Below, in pieces: positions 27,916 through 38,627 of a DNA stretch of 64,000 nucleotides. The notes under the pieces are model-generated. The model searched no databases and was not told where the DNA came from. It saw nothing but the letters and a program-made list of their open reading frames with translations. Source of the DNA: an uncultured delta proteobacterium (GTDB lineage: Bacteria; Desulfobacterota; BSN033; UBA1163). Each line of letters begins with the position of its first letter. Within the stretch, counting starts at the first letter, position 1. The stretch is taken from positions 544,001-608,000 of the forward strand of contig CAVPSJ010000004.1 in NCBI GenBank assembly GCA_963708295.1. The letters are read 5' to 3'. A program made the translations under genes and the position numbers.

Positions 27916-30339
27916 TCATAGCATGAAGACGGGATCCACATCTATGTCCAGATTGACCCCTTTTCCTCTCAATGGCGCATCCATCTCGGACCATAATTCT
28001 TTGGCAAATCGATGGAGGGACTGAGGACTTTTTCCTTTTGCCAGCATCTGCCACCGAAACTTCCCTCTCATTTTGGCAAAAGGCGCAGTGCTGGGACCTA
28101 AGATTTCGATTTCTGTGCCGTGGGGCTTTTTCAACAGGGATTGTCCGATCCTTCCCATCTCCTCTGCCATCCCTTTTGTCTTGTTTTCATTGTTTCCAGC
28201 CAATCTAAAGTTGATGAATCGCGAAAAAGGTGGATATTCCAGGTCTTTTCGGAATTGAATCTCTTCCCGGTAGAATCCGACATAATCATGGTCTTTGGCC
28301 CTGAGGATACTATAATGGTCAGGGTTAAAGGTTTGAATCACCACCTCTCCAAAGAATTCCCCTCTTCCGGCTCTTCCCGCCACCTGGGTAAGAAGTTGAA
28401 AAGTCCTCTCACTTGACCGAAAGTCAGGAAAGTGAAGAGAAGTGTCTGCAGAGACCACGCCGACAAAAGTCACATTTGGAAAATCATGACCTTTAACGAT
28501 CATTTGTGTCCCTATTAAGATATCAATGCCCCCGGATTCGAGTCTTTTCAGAATCTGCAGATGAGACCTCCGTCGTGAAGTGGTATCTCGATCCATTCTT
28601 GCCACTTGGGTCTCGGGGAACAATGATTTGATTTCCTGCTCCAGTCGTTCGGTGCCTATCCCCATTCCCTGAAGTCGGTGGCCTTGACACTTTGGACAGT
28701 CTCCCGGCGCAGGGATGCGATAATCACAATAATGACATTGGAGAGACCGATCCCGGAGATGATGGGTGAGCGTCACGCTGCAGTTCGGACACTTGAAGGT
28801 GTGGCCGCATTCGGGACAGAGGATGAAGTTGGCAAATCCCCTGCGGTTAAGAAAGAGCAAACTTTGTTTTCTGTCTGCAATATTTTTTTGAAGTGCTGTC
28901 TTCAGTTTTTCTGAAAGAAGACCCCCTTCCTTCTTCACATCCACCACTTCCACCCGTGGAAGGGGTTTTCCTTCGATTCTCTCCGGCAGGCGAAGGAGGC
29001 GAAATTTTCCTTTCTCGGCGTTATAAAATGACTCCAAAGAAGGGGTGGCAGACCCCAGAAGGAGGGTTGCCTCTGCCTGTTTCGCGCGGACGACAGCTAT
29101 GTCCCTGGCATGGTATTTTAGTTTCTCCTCTTGTTTATAAGACGGATCGTGCTCTTCATCCGCGATGATGATTCCCACGTTCTTAAACGGGGCGAAGATG
29201 GCGGACCGGGCCCCCATCGCAATCTTGACCTCTCCCTTCCAGATTCTTCTCCATTGATCGTACCGTTCCCCCCTTCCAAGCCCGCTGTGAAGAAGCGCCA
29301 GGTTCTCTCCGAATCGATCCTTAAATCTGGAGAGGAGTTGCGGAGTCAAGGATATCTCCGGAACAAGGACGATGGCTTCCTGCCCGCGGAGCAATATCTC
29401 TTCAATGGCCCGAAGGTAAATCTCCGTCTTCCCGCTTCCCGTGACACCGTAAATCAGAAACGGAGAAAATCGTTTCGAATGGATTCCCTTTAGGATCTCA
29501 ACGAGAACGGCTTCTTGATCAGGAGTAGGCTCAGGCTTTGGATATGGCTTGAATTCCGATCGAACAGAGAGATCGCGGCATACTTCTCTCCTGGAGAGCG
29601 AGAGGAGCCCTTTGGTTTCAAGCGATTGGATGGCTTTTGAAGGAGATTTGAATTTCTTGCTCAATTCTGAATAGGAAATGTCCCCTTTCTCTTTCACCCA
29701 GTCCAGAATTTCTGCCTGTTTTTTTGAGATCCGTTGGGTGGCGTCACTCCCTTGATAGCGAACCACTTTCTCAAATTTCGGCTTGACCTCCTTTCCTTCA
29801 ATCCCGGGGACAATATGGAGAAGTCCCTTTCTTTTCCAGGAGAAGATCTGAGACCTCGATACCTCGCCGGGGGAGTCTTTCAACATCTTTCTCAAAGAAA
29901 CTCTCCCACATCGTCCAATTTCCTTAAACATCTTCTCCTGAATCGGCTCCAAGCCACCCTGGGCGAGAGATTCCGTCCCATCCTGAGTGAGGCTCAAAAT
30001 CAGTTCGCTTTTCAGGTGAAGTCCTGGCGGAAGACCGGTCTTGATCACTTCTCCCAGCGGATAGAGGTAGTAATCAGAGATCCAGCGATAAAGGCGAAGC
30101 ATGGGAGGGTCGATGAGAGGGGCCTCGTCAAGGAGATCCTCGACCTCTCGCAACTTCTCCTCCACCCCTTTGGGAGGCTGATCCAGTAAATCGATTGAAA
30201 ACCCGGTGACCTTTCTCCCCTTGAAAGGGACGAGAACCCTCATCCCGATCTGGAGAGAGCCTATCATTTTTTCAGGTATGCGATAGTGGAATGTCTTGAA
30301 GACAGGAAGGCCGACTGCCACCTCAACAATCTCTTTCAT
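27916..30339 (-). CDS. priA: Primosomal protein N' (helicase)
   Basis: GVTGSGKTEIY, LVPEISLTPQ, DEEH, SATPS, four CxxC pairs, QVAGRAGR, IDVDP. Confidence 0.97.
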   Translation of the reverse strand: MKEIVEVAVGLPVFKTFHYRIPEKMIGSLQIGMRVLVPFKGRKVTGFSIDLLDQPPKGVEEKLREVEDLLDEAPLIDPPMLRLYRWISDYYLYPLGEVIKTGLPPGLHLKSELILSLTQDGTESLAQGGLEPIQEKMFKEIGRCGRVSLRKMLKDSPGEVSRSQIFSWKRKGLLHIVPGIEGKEVKPKFEKVVRYQGSDATQRISKKQAEILDWVKEKGDISYSELSKKFKSPSKAIQSLETKGLLSLSRREVCRDLSVRSEFKPYPKPEPTPDQEAVLVEILKGIHSKRFSPFLIYGVTGSGKTEIYLRAIEEILLRGQEAIVLVPEISLTPQLLSRFKDRFGENLALLHSGLGRGERYDQWRRIWKGEVKIAMGARSAIFAPFKNVGIIIADEEHDPSYKQEEKLKYHARDIAVVRAKQAEATLLLGSATPSLESFYNAEKGKFRLLRLPERIEGKPLPRVEVVDVKKEGGLLSEKLKTALQKNIADRKQSLLFLNRRGFANFILCPECGHTFKCPNCSVTLTHHLRDRSLQCHYCDYRIPAPGDCPKCQGHRLQGMGIGTERLEQEIKSLFPETQVARMDRDTTSRRRSHLQILKRLESGGIDILIGTQMIVKGHDFPNVTFVGVVSADTSLHFPDFRSSERTFQLLTQVAGRAGRGEFFGEVVIQTFNPDHYSILRAKDHDYVGFYREEIQFRKDLEYPPFSRFINFRLAGNNENKTKGMAEEMGRIGQSLLKKPHGTEIEILGPSTAPFAKMRGKFRWQMLAKGKSPQSLHRFAKELWSEMDAPLRGKGVNLDIDVDPVFML

Positions 30340-30589
30340 CCTCCCCAAATTATCCCCTTTTGGTTAAGTTTGTCAAATCTCCCTCCAGGTCAGCTCTCAC
30401 TCCTTCATCCCCTTCCCCCTCATTGCCCGGGAAGGTTGGATGAGGGAGAAAGTTGTAGCGCCGCCATTTAATGGCGGCGAAAGCTGTTATCAAGTTTGAT
30501 CTTTACACCCTTTTTCAGAATAACTATAATAGGCTCAATCCCTACAGCAAATGACTCTAATGAGAATCCGCTCATTCAGGGTAGAATGA

Positions 30590-30806
30590 ATGCAGCTTTT
30601 TAAGAAATTATTTTTATCTTTAAACAAGGCGACTATAAAATATATGGTGGCGGGCGGCATCGCTGTAAATCTTTATGGGATTGAGAGAGCAACCGCTGAC
30701 TTAGATATTGCCTTGGAGCTTGAAGAAGGAGTCGGACAGGCCACAAGACCGGGCTGATGTGTTTTACCTGAAAAGGATTATGGCTGGATGGAAAGATGAG
30801 AAATAG
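30590..30806 (+). pseudogene. Internally deleted nucleotidyltransferase
   Basis: KYMVAGGIAVNLYGIERATADLDI joined out of frame to DRPQDRADV..LKRI C-terminus. Confidence 0.65.
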
Positions 30807-31059
30807 AGAGACCGATCATCTTAAGGAGATGCCTTTATTATATTACAGGACAAAGGGAGAGATTGAGGCTTACCGTAGAAAGCCCACAGGACTAAAGCTT
30901 CAGTGGCTTCAAGCCCAAATGGAATTCTTTTACAAAGCGATGCCTCCTAAAGCAAAAAAGATAAGAGAGAACTTGCAGAAACCTGGCTTGAGATTATCGA
31001 TCAGAGGTGCTTCTCTTAGCACAGAAATACTTAAAGAAAGGAAACAATCCAAACGCTGA
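30796..31059 (+). CDS. Small hypothetical protein, probable partner of the nucleotidyltransferase
   Basis: Overlaps the remnant's end; YYRTKGEIEAYRRKP..KLQWL. Confidence 0.5.
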   Translation: MRNRETDHLKEMPLLYYRTKGEIEAYRRKPTGLKLQWLQAQMEFFYKAMPPKAKKIRENLQKPGLRLSIRGASLSTEILKERKQSKR

Positions 31060-31117
31060 AATTCGTTTTTGACCCCTCAGCTCTACCCTTTCCTCTCCAA
31101 TCGGGAGATTGGAAGCG

Positions 31118-31812
31118 ATGAAAGAAGCCCTTAAACCAATCTCCGATCTCGTCGAACGCTTTCAACGCAATATCGACGCCTACCATAGCCCTGCCTACAA
31201 CGAAACCCAACTCCGAAGAGAATTCATTGATCCCTTTTTTGAAGCCCTGGGCTGGGATATAGCCAACAAGGAAGGCCACGCAGAACAATATAAGGATGTC
31301 ATCCACGAGGATGCTATCAAGATTGCCGGAGCCACCAAAGCGCCGGATTACTGTTTTCGAATCGGCGGCGCGAGAAAATTCTTCCTCGAAACAAAAAAGC
31401 CCTCTATTGATATTAAAGTCCAGACCAGCCCCGCATATCAGTTAAGACGATATGCTTGCGAGTGCCAAGCTTCCCATTTCTATTTTAACCGATTTCGAAG
31501 AGACAGCTATTTATGATTGCCGCCTAAGACCGAAGTTAACTGATAAACCCAGTATTGGGCGAGTCAGGTTTTATACGTATACCCAGTACCTCGACTCTTT
31601 TGAAGAAATATACAACCTACTGTCAAAAGAATCTGTGAGGTCGATGCCGAATTTTTAAAGGAGATAGAGTCTTGGCGTGAGGGCCTGGCTAAGGACATCG
31701 CCATGAGGAACCCGAGGCTCTCTATACGGGAACTTAACTTTGCCGTTCAACTCACCATTCATCGCATGATCTTTCTTCGGATGTGTGAGGATCGAGGAAT
31801 TGAAAAATATGG
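31118..31812 (+). pseudogene. Type IIG (Eco57I-like) restriction-modification enzyme, N-terminal remnant
   Basis: YNETQLRREFIDPFFEALGWD, KAPDY.F, FFLETKKP, QLRRYA; frameshift near 31457, deletion near 31640, then RMIFLRMCEDRGIE and truncation. Confidence 0.85.
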
Positions 31813-31930
31813 GGCCAGGTGACAAATTAGGCATGTCATTCGACTTCGCATTCAAAGTCCTGCAAAAATAAAGTACGAAGAGGGGCGTTCATAGAATGAC
31901 AAATCCAAAACACTGGTTGTGAGGTAGGTT

Positions 31931-32493
31931 ATGGAAAAAGTTGAAAAAGTATACGAAAAGGGTCCAGGTTTTTTGAGAGATGTTTTCCAATACTTGCTTC
32001 CAGGGAGTATTTTCTTATTCTTTATATTTCTGAGCTGGTATTTTATTGATAAGAATTCATTGCAGACACATATGTGTTTTTTTCTGCGGGATAAATCCGT
32101 GAGTGTAGGATTTGTTACTATTATTCTTTATCTCGTATTTGGGTATCTTATGGGGCTTATGGTAATGGAATTTGGGGACTGTTTTAATTGGATCATTAAG
32201 AAGAAGGAAACTTTTAAGGACGAAATAAGACTTGCCAACACTTCGGCTTTTGTTTGGACAAATTACATTGAGAGATACAACTTGCTCTTTTATACAAAAA
32301 GAAACCTTGCTGCTGTGTTCTTCCTTATTGGATTGGTTTCAGTTATTTTATTTTTTTCATTTGAAAGGAATCCGTTTTTCAATTTATGCCATAATTGCTT
32401 CAGCAATTGTTTGTATTTTTTCCGATAATTTTTGCTTATCGTGCATTCAAGGATTTTAGCAAACGGCTAAGAACCGCTTTGGAAAACACTTGA
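31931..32493 (+). pseudogene. AT-rich membrane protein, apparently frameshifted near its C-terminus
   Basis: RBS GAGGT; hydrophobic segments; hydrophobic reading continues in another frame after about 32360. Confidence 0.4.
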
Positions 32494-32504
32494 TCTGAAG
32501 GAAA

Positions 32505-32958
32505 ATGATATATTTCGCATACGGGTCAAATCTGAATCTCAGCCAAATGAAAGCGAGATGTCCAGGGGGAAAAAAGATTGGAATCGGGCGTCTCAATGGT
32601 TATGAAATGTGTTTCCCAAGAAAAAGCTCCTCGCGACAAGGGAAAGGAGTCGCCAGCATTTGTGACAAGCCAGGTGCTTTTGTTGAAGGAGTCTTGTTTC
32701 AACTTACAAATTCCGATTGGGATAGGCTTGACGAGTGTGAGGGAGTTCCAAGTTCTTATACTCGGAAGTTAGTTATGATATCAATGAATGACGGTACAGA
32801 GTACCGCTGCGGAGACTTACATTGCTAACACAATGGAAGGGGGCCCCTTCAAACCCTCAAAGGCATACATCGACCTCATAATTCATGGAGCAACGGAAAA
32901 TGGGCTATCAGTAGATTACATTGAAAAATTAAGAAAAGTCGAATGTGAAGAGGAATGA
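32505..32958 (+). pseudogene. Gamma-glutamylcyclotransferase family protein, frameshifted near 32800
   Basis: YFAYGSNL, VEGVLF, LDECEG; alternative frame continues AETYIA..KPSKAYIDLIIHGATENGLS.DYI. Confidence 0.8.
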
Positions 32959-32964
32959 AAATAT

Positions 32965-33186
32965 TTAGAACTCTAATTCCCCGGACACTTCGGATTCGGA
33001 AAGAGTTATAGATTTCCCGGTCGCTTTAGCCCTACTTATTGATTTAGAAAACGCAATGTGAACACCCTCTATTGCAGTGGATGAACATACTGCTGCATGA
33101 AGCAAAGCTCGGCGTTTTAAGGGATTTTTCAGATATGGGTTAGTTTCGACCAGTGGCTTATGATTCACAATAAAAGGATAATACAA
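32965..33186 (-). CDS. Small hypothetical protein
   Basis: KPLVETNPYLK..SSTAIEGV; start uncertain. Confidence 0.45.
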   Translation of the reverse strand: MYYPFIVNHKPLVETNPYLKNPLKRRALLHAAVCSSTAIEGVHIAFSKSISRAKATGKSITLSESEVSGELEF

Positions 33187-33325
33187 CTCACTATAAAAGT
33201 AAATTTATAAACTTTTGCCTCAAGACCTTAGTCCGTATTACGGCTTGCGGATTTTTCCTTTACATATTCAAGGAGGACTGAAAATAGGGCGGTTGTTCTA
33301 TTTGTTAAGAGATTACGACGGTGGC

Positions 33326-33805
33326 TCAGCATTTTCCTCGACGATGGATATCCTTCATTTCCTTCTGAGTACACTCTTCACAAAAGTATTGGTCTCCTTT
33401 GATTGAGTGGCCATCATAACCTAAAGAGATTACGACGCCGCATTTTGCACATTTGGTGGGTAAGTAGGCAGGTGGATTTTCAAGTTTTTGGAAGTTAAAT
33501 TCATTCGTCCCATAAAAGACATATATCTCTGTTTCAAAGGAATCCCTGCATTTCGGGCAATCTTTCCAGTGGCCCGAATGTTCTTCAGTATGATGGTATG
33601 CGCAAAGGGTGTAGCGGCTGTGATTTCTATGGCAGCTATTTCTTGCATAGGAAAAGGGAACGTACTTGTCTTCATCATCACAGATCCACTGATTGCAGCA
33701 TTCCGTCTTCGTCAGTTTCTTTGTTTTCCCGCAAAGTCCGCACCTTGGCTTGCTTTCATTTTTGCTCCTTTTTCCTGTCGTCCTGGGTTTTGCTTTAGTG
33801 GCCAT
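33326..33805 (-). CDS. Cys/His-rich hypothetical protein
   Basis: CGLC, TECC..C, SC.RNH.RYTLC..HH...H, C..C, C..C, C..C. Confidence 0.75.
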   Translation of the reverse strand: MATKAKPRTTGKRSKNESKPRCGLCGKTKKLTKTECCNQWICDDEDKYVPFSYARNSCHRNHSRYTLCAYHHTEEHSGHWKDCPKCRDSFETEIYVFYGTNEFNFQKLENPPAYLPTKCAKCGVVISLGYDGHSIKGDQYFCEECTQKEMKDIHRRGKC

Positions 33806-33832
33806 ATTCTTTATGAGCAATAAACGTTGCAG

Positions 33833-34261
33833 TTATAAGAACAAGAGTCTTAGAAACTCGGAGGGGGATAGTATCTTTGTCCCTTCGTATTCTTTCAAAG
33901 GCAGGAGATGCTTTCTGTCACCAGAAATCAGGTATTGAACTCTTCCTTCAATGGCACATTCTAAAATGCGATTATCATCTTCCTTTCCTTTAATTACCGA
34001 GACTTTGTTCTTCGGTTGGATCAGGATTGTCTTGGCTTTGATTTTTTCCATCGCGTGCTTAATTTGATCTCTGTCCCAACTGAAATCCTTCTTAAGCGTC
34101 TCTTCTAACTCTTTTAAAATAAAAGAAGAGATACAGGCCTCAATATCCCCTCTCCAGATCAAATCTAAGACCTCTCTGGGTTTACCTTTGAAGGTTAATC
34201 CAGAAACAAAAACATTGGTGTCTATGACCACCTTTAATTTTGATTTACTTTCGGCGGGCAT
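33833..34261 (-). CDS. PIN-domain toxin (VapC-like)
   Basis: VVIDTNVFVS, EL, DDNRILECA, LISGD.KHLL. Confidence 0.9.
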   Translation of the reverse strand: MPAESKSKLKVVIDTNVFVSGLTFKGKPREVLDLIWRGDIEACISSFILKELEETLKKDFSWDRDQIKHAMEKIKAKTILIQPKNKVSVIKGKEDDNRILECAIEGRVQYLISGDRKHLLPLKEYEGTKILSPSEFLRLLFL

Positions 34262-34481
34262 CGATAATTTCTTCTATTTTATCTTCGGTAATTCCCTTTT
34301 CCCTGGCCTTCATCTCTGCATAACGGTAGATTTTTTTCCATTCCTGTTCCTCAGCATATCTCCGGAGGGCTTCTCTCAAGAGCTCGCTCCTTGTTCTACC
34401 TTCTTCTTTCATTAGCTCCTCAATTTTATCTACCATCTCGGGAGGTAAAGATAGGGTTATCGTTTTTGTGACCCTCGCCAT
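34245..34481 (-). CDS. Ribbon-helix-helix (CopG) antitoxin
   Basis: TITLSLPPEM..EEGRTRSELLREALRRY; overlaps the toxin start. Confidence 0.9.
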   Translation of the reverse strand: MARVTKTITLSLPPEMVDKIEELMKEEGRTRSELLREALRRYAEEQEWKKIYRYAEMKAREKGITEDKIEEIIDARRK

Positions 34482-34520
34482 AGCTCGACTCCTTTGTTGT
34501 TACTTAGTGTTACTGGATAA

Positions 34521-34548
34521 ATTATAGCAAATATGGATTTGCTGTCAA
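34521..34548 (-). promoter_or_regulatory. Consensus sigma70 promoter of the TA pair with palindromic spacer
   Basis: TTGACA-GCAAATCCATATTTGC-TATAAT. Confidence 0.75.
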
Positions 34549-34689
34549 GGGATTATGAGTAATCCCAGGAATTCGAGTGCCGATTTGATCTGAGCGAAAA
34601 TATATGCTATTGGGAAGGCTAGTTAACCGAGTCTACACTCTGCATAGGGGTTAGGCCGTGACAAAACTAAGTGAAAAGGCCAAACGAGC

Positions 34690-35349
34690 ATGAATAATCC
34701 TGGACATCTCAAATGGATCGGTTTCGGCGTATTGGTCGGTTTTGGGGCTTCTTTTGTTTTTGGCGATTTGATTACCCTGCCCCCGGACCTCTATTACCTC
34801 ATCTACTTCGGGATCATCATAAGTTTCTTCACGATCTACATCAAAAAGACTCAATTGAATCTGAAGGAATGGGTTTCCAGAAGATTGGTTTGGGGAATCT
34901 TGCTTGGGGTGATCTTTGGAGCTTTGATGGTTCAGAACGTCCTGTCAAGGCCGGCGACTGAGAAATTCACAGGGCCTTATTTGGCCTGGCTTATATTTTG
35001 GAGGGGATTGATTTACGGAGCGATCGATGGGTTGCTTCTGTCAGCATTTCCATGGATCGTGACCTGGCGGGCTTTTGATGTCGAGAAGAAACCATTCGGG
35101 AAGAAAATAGCATTTGGATTTCTGGCCTGGCTTTTCATCCTCGCATTGACGACGGCTTATCATCTGGGCTACTCCGATTTCCGGTCGAAGAAGATCATCC
35201 AGCCGAATATAGGAAATACCATTATTTCCGTTCCGACATTGGTCTCTGGAAATCCCATCGGCTCGCCAATCGTTCACGCAATCATGCACATTACGGCTAT
35301 TATCCACTCCCCCAAAACCGACCTTTTTCTACCCCCCCACCGGGAATGA
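34690..35349 (+). CDS. Hypothetical integral membrane protein
   Basis: About five hydrophobic helices; RG.IYG.IDG, TAYHLGY, H..MH...H. Confidence 0.8.
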   Translation: MNNPGHLKWIGFGVLVGFGASFVFGDLITLPPDLYYLIYFGIIISFFTIYIKKTQLNLKEWVSRRLVWGILLGVIFGALMVQNVLSRPATEKFTGPYLAWLIFWRGLIYGAIDGLLLSAFPWIVTWRAFDVEKKPFGKKIAFGFLAWLFILALTTAYHLGYSDFRSKKIIQPNIGNTIISVPTLVSGNPIGSPIVHAIMHITAIIHSPKTDLFLPPHRE

Positions 35350-35434
35350 TAAGAAAGTGGAATCATGAAGGCTCTCTATCCTGCGAGGATAGAAAGGAAT
35401 CACCTTCGCGAGGACGAAAGAGGATTGCCACATC

Positions 35435-37072
35435 TCATTGCCGATACCCGAATCGTTCTTCGAAGATAAGCGCGATCAGGTTGTCCACCGGGACATAATC
35501 ATCCGTCAGGATCACAGAATAGCGCTCTTTTAAATATTCCTGCAATTGGTCCTGAGACATCACATAGGAGGTCATCTCTCCTCCCTTTCTTTTCACGGTC
35601 CTGACGAAATCATCCATATCCAACTTCTGCGGGCTCGCCACGACAACAAAGGTGCTGATCCCGATATGTTCATAATCCGAACTCAGGGTAATGAGATGGA
35701 CGTTCCCTTTCCCAAACACTTCTTCTAGCGTTCGAATATAGGAAGGCATGAAGGCCCCTTTTTTAAAACTATCGATCACATTGGCCATGAGCACCCCGTC
35801 CGGTTTGAGAAGGCCTTTCATCTGCGCGGCAAATTCCTTGGTCGTCAGGTGATAGGGGATCGAAAGGTCATTGAAGGCATCCCCAAAGATAAAATCGTAG
35901 CTCCCCTTCTCTTTACAATTCATTACAAACCAGCGGCCATCCTCGTTGAAGGAACGAATCTTCGTATTCTCTGGAACACCGAGATGTTTTTGGGCGACCC
36001 TGGTGATCTCCGGATCGATCTCCACCACGTGGGTCTCGGCTTTGGGATACTTTGCTTCGATAAAACGAGGGAAGGTATATCCTCCGCCTCCCAGAAAGAG
36101 GCTCCGGAAAGCCCCCCGTTTCATCGCCTGCCATCTCACCATCTCCTCATAGATCCGGATATATTCATACTCGAGATACGAGGGATCGTTTAAGTCCGTA
36201 TAAGAATGAACCAGATGATCAAGGACGAGAGACTCCAGGGGCTTTCCATTGTTTCCGCTGGCACTTTTCTTTACTTTAATCGTATAGTAATCGCTCTCCT
36301 TGAAAAAACGAGTCTCCTCTTCAAAAGGATATTTGAAAGCATGCTCGTAAAATGCCTTTACGGATTCAATGGGGGAGGACGGAAAGGAAAACTCGTCCGG
36401 GTAGGTGATGGCATAAACGCGCAATCCTATGATGGGAAGGGAAAATGAAAGGAACAGAAAAAGAAGAAGGAGCGCAAGGGCTTTCTTGCTCCTGAAGAAG
36501 CCCCCGAAGACCATAGCAGAAATGACGAGAATGATTCCCATGGTCAAAAGGATGGAGCGGGTCCCCATCCAGGAGATGAGATAGAATCCCGTCGCAAAGG
36601 TCCCGAGAATGGAGCCAAGGGTGGAGAAGGCATAAATCTTTCCGACGACGTTGCCTGCTTTCTCAAGATTGTTGAGGGTCAATTTGACGACGACAGGAGA
36701 GATCATTCCAAGAAGACAGGAAGGAACGAAAAAGATGAGGGCGGTGATCAGCAAGATCCGTGTCATCAAACTCGTGTGAAATTGGGCTCCCCCGGCCAAA
36801 TTGGTCAACGGGGAAATGGAGAATGCCCCCAGACCGGAAAGAAAAAGAAGCCACCCCAGTGTGGAGGAGCTGGGATATCGGTCGGCGATCCGGCCTCCCA
36901 GATAGGCTCCGATGCTGATGCCGGCAAGGACCACCCCGATGATGCTGGTCCAGGTGTAGAGAGAAACACCAACATACGGGGCCATGATTCTTCCTGCCAC
37001 CAGCTCAATGACCAGCGTGCAGAAACTTGCAATAAAGACGACCATATTTGCTTTAATCACTTGTCTTTGCAT
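35435..37072 (-). CDS. Fused membrane domain / spermidine synthase-like protein
   Basis: ELVAGRIMAPYVG.S, YAFSTLGSILGTF; LGGGGYTFP, VEIDPE, EDGR, DAF, LTDDYVPVD. Confidence 0.9.
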   Translation of the reverse strand: MQRQVIKANMVVFIASFCTLVIELVAGRIMAPYVGVSLYTWTSIIGVVLAGISIGAYLGGRIADRYPSSSTLGWLLFLSGLGAFSISPLTNLAGGAQFHTSLMTRILLITALIFFVPSCLLGMISPVVVKLTLNNLEKAGNVVGKIYAFSTLGSILGTFATGFYLISWMGTRSILLTMGIILVISAMVFGGFFRSKKALALLLLFLFLSFSLPIIGLRVYAITYPDEFSFPSSPIESVKAFYEHAFKYPFEEETRFFKESDYYTIKVKKSASGNNGKPLESLVLDHLVHSYTDLNDPSYLEYEYIRIYEEMVRWQAMKRGAFRSLFLGGGGYTFPRFIEAKYPKAETHVVEIDPEITRVAQKHLGVPENTKIRSFNEDGRWFVMNCKEKGSYDFIFGDAFNDLSIPYHLTTKEFAAQMKGLLKPDGVLMANVIDSFKKGAFMPSYIRTLEEVFGKGNVHLITLSSDYEHIGISTFVVVASPQKLDMDDFVRTVKRKGGEMTSYVMSQDQLQEYLKERYSVILTDDYVPVDNLIALIFEERFGYRQ

Positions 37073-37418
37073 AGGTTATCCTCTTCTTCCAAAGGGTAAG
37101 CGCTGTATACGAGGTCTCCGATATCCCCGCCATGCTGAAATTTTTTCAGCATCTTTGTCTTTGAAAACCCGTAGATCTGGCACGAAGTGATGAACGAATG
37201 TGAATCAACAAGCTCGGGATGGCGACTACGGATTACGGAAAGATCGTGGCAGCCTCCTTGTCACGGCCCGTACCAACTCCGTCGGTTTGGAAGCGGACCC
37301 AGCCGATTTTTCGACCCACCCTTGAACTGAACCGTTTGACTGCCGGGTTTGTCCCTGACTCCGCTCAGGATGATGATCTCGGCGAGCCAAAGGCCGGGGC
37401 CTGCCCAACGTTCACACA

Positions 37419-37480
37419 CTTCGATAAATTCGGTGTCCTGAGCCCTTCGATATACTCACGACCTTGAGTTTATCGAAAGG
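37419..37480. repeat. Palindromic repeat of the CCCTTCGA..CTCA..TCGAA family
   Basis: cttcgataaattc..gtcctgagcccttcgatatactcacgaccttgagtttatcgaa. Confidence 0.5.
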
Positions 37481-37517
37481 CTTGCCTATGGAAGCCGAGC
37501 CGTTTTTCCCTGACGAA

Positions 37518-37805
37518 TTATTCTTTTATCCTTCGGAGTTCCATCACCACGGGATTGAGTGGATCAGAACAGGCAACGGTGGTCTTGTCTCGATCTTCTT
37601 CCCATGGATATCCTCCCCCATGCCGGAGCACTCGCCACGATGGAAAGGCAGCGTTAAACGCAGATGGACAAATCGCTCGTGGGTCTCCTGACATCCCTAA
37701 GAGAAAATCCTTACTCAGGTCAAACTCCTGGCCTACAAAATGTTTGGCTGCGCAGGTCCCTTTAACCGAAATAATTTTCAAGATCACCTTCTCCGGATTT
37801 GCCAT
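37518..37805 (-). CDS. TIGR04076-like small Cys protein
   Basis: KGTC...H.VG.EF, ICPSAF, ACSDP.NPVVMEL. Confidence 0.75.
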   Translation of the reverse strand: MANPEKVILKIISVKGTCAAKHFVGQEFDLSKDFLLGMSGDPRAICPSAFNAAFPSWRVLRHGGGYPWEEDRDKTTVACSDPLNPVVMELRRIKE

Positions 37806-38155
37806 GAATCAATCTCCTCCAGTCCGTTATTTTTGTCTTTCCAATGGATTATCAATTAGAAATCGTTTGGTTGTCAACCCTTCGACCCACGCTTGCCCTC
37901 CCTGAGCGATGAAGCCTAGGAGGGGATTTACCGTGGTCGCGGAGACGCAAAAAATTGGGGAGGGGAGGCCAAAGGATGGTATTTGTCCCGCCGGGGGTAT
38001 CACAGGGCTATGCCTCGAAGAAAATTCTAAAACCCTTTACAAGAAAGAGTCAATGAAATTAAAATAGTCACAAGACGAGATCCGGCAAAGCGAAAGATAA
38101 TGGCCCGGCATTATCCCTGTTTCGTTGCCCAATTTTCATTCCCTAAGGAGAGAAA

Positions 38156-38246
38156 ACCCCGTTAGAAAGTCTTCAACGGGGTTCGCCGAAAAAGGAATTG
38201 TTTTCATCCCCGCGGCAGGAGAGCGGAAAATTCTTTCTAACGGGGT
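38156..38246. repeat. Short element with 14-bp perfect terminal inverted repeats
   Basis: ACCCCGTTAGAAAG ... CTTTCTAACGGGGT, plus internal aacggggt. Confidence 0.7.
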
Positions 38247-38254
38247 AAATCGAT

Positions 38255-38605
38255 ATGCCAATTCACGAATACCGGTGTGAAGATTGTGGGAAGATCTCCG
38301 AATTTCTCTTAATCAAAAGCGAGGACGCTTTTATCCCCCAATGCAAAAGATGTAAAAGTAAGAAGATGTCTCGTGTCCTCTCGAAGGTAAGAGTGATCCG
38401 TTCGGAGGAGAGCAGAATGGAGAGCTTGGCCGACCCATCGAAGTGGAGCGGCCTGAACGAGAAGGATCCGAAGAGTATGGCAAAATGGATGAAAAAGATG
38501 GGCAAAGAGATGGGAGAGGACATGGGTGAAGACGTAGACCAGATGGTGGATGAGGCGATGGAAGAAGAGGGGGGTTCGGAGTCAGGCAAAGAAGCAGAAG
38601 ACTAA
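38255..38605 (+). CDS. FmdB-family zinc ribbon protein
   Basis: MPIHEYRCEDCG..CKRC.S; acidic tail. Confidence 0.9.
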   Translation: MPIHEYRCEDCGKISEFLLIKSEDAFIPQCKRCKSKKMSRVLSKVRVIRSEESRMESLADPSKWSGLNEKDPKSMAKWMKKMGKEMGEDMGEDVDQMVDEAMEEEGGSESGKEAED

Positions 38606-38627
38606 AACCAAATGTCAAAGTTCAAAT

